From positions 22,749 to 86,748 of the forward strand of contig JBPRGG010000177.1 in NCBI GenBank assembly GCA_051418075.1: a DNA stretch of 64,000 nucleotides, written 5' to 3'. The translations under genes were made by a program, and so were the position numbers. The notes beneath the pieces are model-generated. The model was not told the DNA's origin, did not search any database, and worked only from the letters and a program-made list of their open reading frames with translations. This document shows, piece by piece, positions 60,292 through 64,000 of the stretch. This DNA is from Candidatus Cyclobacteriaceae bacterium M3_2C_046 (GTDB lineage Bacteria; Bacteroidota; Bacteroidia; Cytophagales; Cyclobacteriaceae). Position 1 is the stretch's first letter; every line of letters starts with the position of its first letter.

Positions 60292-61707
60292 ATGGGCAAC
60301 AAAAATCCAAAAATAGTAATTGTAGGGGCAGGGATATCCGGATTAGCCACTGCTTTTTGGTTAAAAAAAGCAGGACATGATGTGACTATCCTGGAGGCTT
60401 CAACTCAGGCTGGCGGCACTATCATCACTCAGAAAAATGATGATTACATTATGGATTTTGGTCCAAACAGTGGATTGGAAACTTCCCCTGCTATCAGAGA
60501 ATTGGTAGACAGTATTGGGTTGAAAGATCAGATGGTATATGCTGATCAAATAGCCAATAAACGTTACATTTTAAAGAACGATCAGCTACTGCCTCTTCCT
60601 ACCAGTCCGGGGCAATTTGTAAAAAGCCGGTTGTTTACCACCAAAGCAAAAATCAGACTCATGGCCGAGCCTCTGGTAGGCAGGTCAAAAGAGGGCTACT
60701 ATCAGAGCATTGCCGATTTTGTTAAGCGAAGAATTGGACAGGAATTTCTGGATTATGCCGTAAATCCTTTTGTTGCAGGTATCTATGCCGGAGACCCTAA
60801 GCAATTAAGTGTACAGTCGGCATTGCCCAGGTTATATCGCCTGGAAGAAAAATATGGCGGGCTGATTAAGGGTATGATAAGAGGAGCCAGGGAAAGAAAA
60901 AAAGATCCTGAAGCTTCCAAGCAGACAGCAAAAATGTTCTCTTTTAAACAGGGAATGCAACAGCTACCCGAAGCCATAGCGACACAGCTAAAAGATCAGA
61001 TAAAATTTGCCCATGAAGTTAAATCCATAGAAAATTCCGGATCAGGGTATCAACTGCAGGTACAACATAAAAAATCCATGTTGAAAGTTCAGGCTGATAA
61101 GGTATTGTTTACCATACCGGCCTATAAAGCTAAAACAGTATTCAAAGCATTTGACCAGGTATTGGCTCAACATCTTGCTGAAATCTATTATCCTCCGGTG
61201 GCAGTGATTTTTGCAGTCTACCCTAAAAAAGCAATACGGCAGCCATTAGATGGATTTGGATTTTTAATTCCGGAAAAGGAGCAAAAAAAATTTTTGGGAG
61301 CCATTTGGAGTTCTGTTATTTTTCCTGAACGTATAAATCCTCGGCAGTCAGCTTTCACGTTGTTCGTAGGAGGGGCCAGAGATAGCCAGATCTTTACAAT
61401 GAAAGAAAATATTATGGTAGATCAGGTCTTGCTTGAATTTGAACAGATCATGAAAATTAATGCACCCCCTGCATTTTTCAAAATGAAAAAATGGAGGAAG
61501 GCCATTCCTCAATATAATCTGGGTTATATTGAGCATGAAAAATACTTTGATCAGATGGAAAAAGTTCATCCGGGTTTGTTTCTCTCCGGTAACTATCGAG
61601 GTGGTGTTTCACTGGGTGATTGTATAAAAAATGCAAAATCAATAGCTCTGAAGATGCAACAGCAGGTGGACTCCAGACCCAAAGATGAAACCATGACACC
61701 TTCCTGA
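60292..61707 (+). CDS. FAD-dependent amine-oxidase-fold protein, probably protoporphyrinogen oxidase (HemY-like)
   Basis: Dinucleotide-binding VIVGAGISGLATAF...LEAS..GG; internal GFGFLIP motif typical of HemY; 471 aa. Confidence 0.5.
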   Translation: MGNKNPKIVIVGAGISGLATAFWLKKAGHDVTILEASTQAGGTIITQKNDDYIMDFGPNSGLETSPAIRELVDSIGLKDQMVYADQIANKRYILKNDQLLPLPTSPGQFVKSRLFTTKAKIRLMAEPLVGRSKEGYYQSIADFVKRRIGQEFLDYAVNPFVAGIYAGDPKQLSVQSALPRLYRLEEKYGGLIKGMIRGARERKKDPEASKQTAKMFSFKQGMQQLPEAIATQLKDQIKFAHEVKSIENSGSGYQLQVQHKKSMLKVQADKVLFTIPAYKAKTVFKAFDQVLAQHLAEIYYPPVAVIFAVYPKKAIRQPLDGFGFLIPEKEQKKFLGAIWSSVIFPERINPRQSAFTLFVGGARDSQIFTMKENIMVDQVLLEFEQIMKINAPPAFFKMKKWRKAIPQYNLGYIEHEKYFDQMEKVHPGLFLSGNYRGGVSLGDCIKNAKSIALKMQQQVDSRPKDETMTPS

Positions 61708-61750
61708 TGAAATTAGCAGTTTGGAACAGGAATAAAGGATTAGAAAAAAT

Positions 61751-61984
61751 TTATTTCTTGATCATCTCGTCCGATCTTTGGATCACCCGAATCACCAATT
61801 CGTGTGCATCCTGATCCTGGTCACGTAAATAAAATTTTAATACCGGGTTGTCAGCACCAAGTTCTTCTTTAATATGCTCTATCTTCAAATATTGAAGTTT
61901 AGATTCGAGTTCGGCTTTTAAATCTACAATAGCCTTGGCAAAATCCACTTCAATTTTACTGGGATTATAATTTTCCGTTTTCAT
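61751..61984 (-). CDS. small hypothetical protein (77 aa)
   Basis: ORF upstream of fabH on the same strand; no ACP-like DSL motif. Confidence 0.3.
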   Translation of the reverse strand: MKTENYNPSKIEVDFAKAIVDLKAELESKLQYLKIEHIKEELGADNPVLKFYLRDQDQDAHELVIRVIQRSDEMIKK

Positions 61985-62024
61985 AGGCTTTATTTATAAA
62001 AATTTATCAAAAAAATTCACCTTG

Positions 62025-63023
62025 TCACCATCTGATTAAGCTTGATGCCCAGGTAAATCCACTGCCAAAGGCAGCCAGGCATAAAATACTATCATCTTTG
62101 ATTTTTCCTTCGGCCCAGGCTTCACTCATAGCAATAGGAATGGAAGCGGCGGTGGTATTGCCATATCTCATGATGTTGTTATAAATTTTTTCATCTGGCA
62201 GTCCCAGTTTTTGCTGAATGAAATTACTTATTCGCAGGTTGGCCTGATGAGGTACCAAAAGATCAATGGCTTCTTTTTCCATCTGGTTAGATATTAAAGC
62301 TTCCTTGATCACCTCCATAAAGCGAACTACTGCATGCTTAAATACGGCATTTCCATTCATAAAAGGTTTGGTGGATTCCCCTTCAATCATATTAACTGTT
62401 AATCTTTGCTTACGACTACTGCCAGGATCCTTTCCATATAATTCTTCGGCAAACCGGCCATCAGCATGAAGATGGGTAGAAAGAATTCCTTTCTGAGGTT
62501 CATCTGTGGCTTGTATTACAGCTGCTCCGGCACCATCTCCAAAAATAACTGCTACATTTCTTCCCCGCGTGGTCAGGTCTAATCCCGAGGACTGTATTTC
62601 GGCACCTATCACCAGGATGTTTTTATACATCCCGGTTTTGATATATTGTTGGGCAATAGATAATCCATATATAAATCCGGAGCAGGCATTTCGCACATCA
62701 AGCGCACCAATTCCTTCCAAACCGAGTTCCCGCTGCATTAATACACCGGATCCTGGAAAAAAATAATCGGGTGTAATGGTGGCAAATACGATGAAATCAA
62801 TTTCTTTTTTATCCAGGTTTGCTCTTTCCAAAGCCATTAGAGAAGCTTTAGCCGCCATATTGGCTACTGTATCCTTTTCAGGATCAAAAAACCTTCGCTC
62901 TATAATCCCGGTTCTTTCAAGAATCCATTCATCTGTAGTATCCATCAATTGGGCCAAATCCTGATTGGTGACTATTCTTTCTGGTACATAGTGACCAACG
63001 CCTGTAATTTTTGCATTTATCAT
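62025..63023 (-). CDS. fabH: 3-oxoacyl-[acyl-carrier-protein] synthase III
   Basis: ITGVGHYVP N-terminus, active-site Cys in NACSGF, C-terminal ...GFTWAS..IRW. Confidence 0.9.
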   Translation of the reverse strand: MINAKITGVGHYVPERIVTNQDLAQLMDTTDEWILERTGIIERRFFDPEKDTVANMAAKASLMALERANLDKKEIDFIVFATITPDYFFPGSGVLMQRELGLEGIGALDVRNACSGFIYGLSIAQQYIKTGMYKNILVIGAEIQSSGLDLTTRGRNVAVIFGDGAGAAVIQATDEPQKGILSTHLHADGRFAEELYGKDPGSSRKQRLTVNMIEGESTKPFMNGNAVFKHAVVRFMEVIKEALISNQMEKEAIDLLVPHQANLRISNFIQQKLGLPDEKIYNNIMRYGNTTAASIPIAMSEAWAEGKIKDDSILCLAAFGSGFTWASSLIRW

Positions 63024-63078
63024 TGAAAATGATTTTTAATTTTTACAAAAACAATAAAATTACTACTAATTACAGAGA

Positions 63079-63971
63079 TTAATTACAAAGTTCTCTGATT
63101 ATTTTATCAGTATCAGCCCGGGTATAGCCCAGATTTAATGCTTTTTGATAGTTTCTGCAGGCCTTTTTAGGTTTATTCATCAATGCATAAGTAAGGCTCA
63201 TATAATAAAAAGCCTGGTTGTTTTGTGCATTTCGTTCTATGATCCATTGAAAATCATCCAATGCTTTACTATAATTCTGATTGAGCATATAACTATAGCC
63301 CCGGTTAAGATGATGCAAGGTTTCCTGTGGTTCCCGTAAAATCAGGTTGCTGAAGTCCTGTATGGCTTCATTATAATTTTGTTGTCTCATTTTGGTGAGG
63401 GCAGCATTTCTAAGAGCTTCGATTTGATCAGGATCTAACTGATAGACCATTTCCCAGTCTGCTATAGCCTGCCTTTCATACCCGATTTGTTGATAGGCAT
63501 AGCCTCTGCGAAATAAAGATTCAATATGGGCGGAATCCAGTTTTAAATAGCTGGTATAGCTTCCAATGGCTTGATCATACTCATTTTGATTCATATACCA
63601 CCTGGCTTGATGCAGTAATCCTTCTCCGAATTGAGGATTTGCCTGGGTACTTTTATTCAGAAAGGAAATATAGGCGCAGGAGTCGTCTACCTGAAGAAAA
63701 AGGTTGGCCAGATTAAACAAAACCAGGTAGTGATCTGATTTTAGCTCAAAGGCTCTGAACATGTAATCAAAAGCTGATTTCAGTTGATTTGAATAGTTGG
63801 CTACCAATCCCAGGTCTAGCAGGATGTCCGGGTTATCAGGGTCCGATTCATAAGCATTTTGCAAATCTGATTCAGCGCTGTAGAAATTCCCCTGCTTCAT
63901 ACGGATTTTTCCTCTCAGATGGTACAATGAAGCAAGATGTTGTTTTAGTACCTTATGTTTTTGATAAGCAT
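63079..63971 (-). CDS. TPR-repeat protein (N-terminus may extend beyond the window)
   Basis: Multiple TPR-like AxxxYxxA repeats. The tracked start at 63927 is a TTG. The reading frame stays open upstream to the window end, with an in-frame ATG at 63969-63971. Confidence 0.55.
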
Positions 63972-64000
63972 TATTAATTTCAGTTGTATCAATGGAATCA

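Noticed and set aside
1-64000. Search for CRISPR arrays, IS elements, integrases or phage genes
   Set aside because: No regularly spaced direct repeats, transposase or integrase motifs (DDE, tyrosine-recombinase R..H..R..Y) or phage structural genes were seen. The window appears to be stable chromosomal backbone.

Overview
The window is a dense, AT-rich chromosomal segment that looks Bacteroidetes-like (Cytophagia/Sphingobacteriia style). It carries mostly carbohydrate-catabolic and housekeeping genes. No rRNA, tRNA, CRISPR array, transposase or integrase is visible. Recognisable content: (1) A four-gene DNA-repair block (9.2-14.9 kb): MBL-fold exonuclease, ATP-dependent DNA ligase, Lhr-like DExH helicase and a hemerythrin-like gene. 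(2) A membrane H+/Na+ pyrophosphatase. (3) Two orphan cytoplasmic PAS histidine kinases, one with an unusual Cys4 insert. (4) A GH42 beta-galactosidase preceded by a decayed SusD-like remnant. (5) A YiiX-like / NfeD-like / flotillin block. (6) Many sugar-metabolism genes: UxuA, an orphan TRAP DctM, a PmoA-like/ThuA/TAT-exported Gfo-Idh-MocA trio, two DUF1080 3-keto-disaccharide-hydrolase-like genes, sulfatase, sialate O-acetylesterase, L-rhamnose-isomerase-like, FGGY kinase with a GntR-type regulator, and Pgi. (7) Core genes: PDH E2 with tandem lipoyl domains, HslV, FabH, cyclophilin, a thioredoxin-TPR protein and a HemY-like oxidase. The most intriguing unexplained locus is a tight four-gene minus-strand operon (57.36-60.21 kb). 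It encodes two unknown proteins, a standalone cobalamin-binding-domain protein (E-x-H-x-x-G motif) and a cytoplasmic PAS histidine kinase, a possible B12-based photosensory or corrinoid-sensing module. Other items worth a second look are the Cys4-insert kinase, a 943-aa exported HExxH/TolB-like protein with a C-terminal Phe, and a 0.5-kb gene-free gap holding small ORF remnants.
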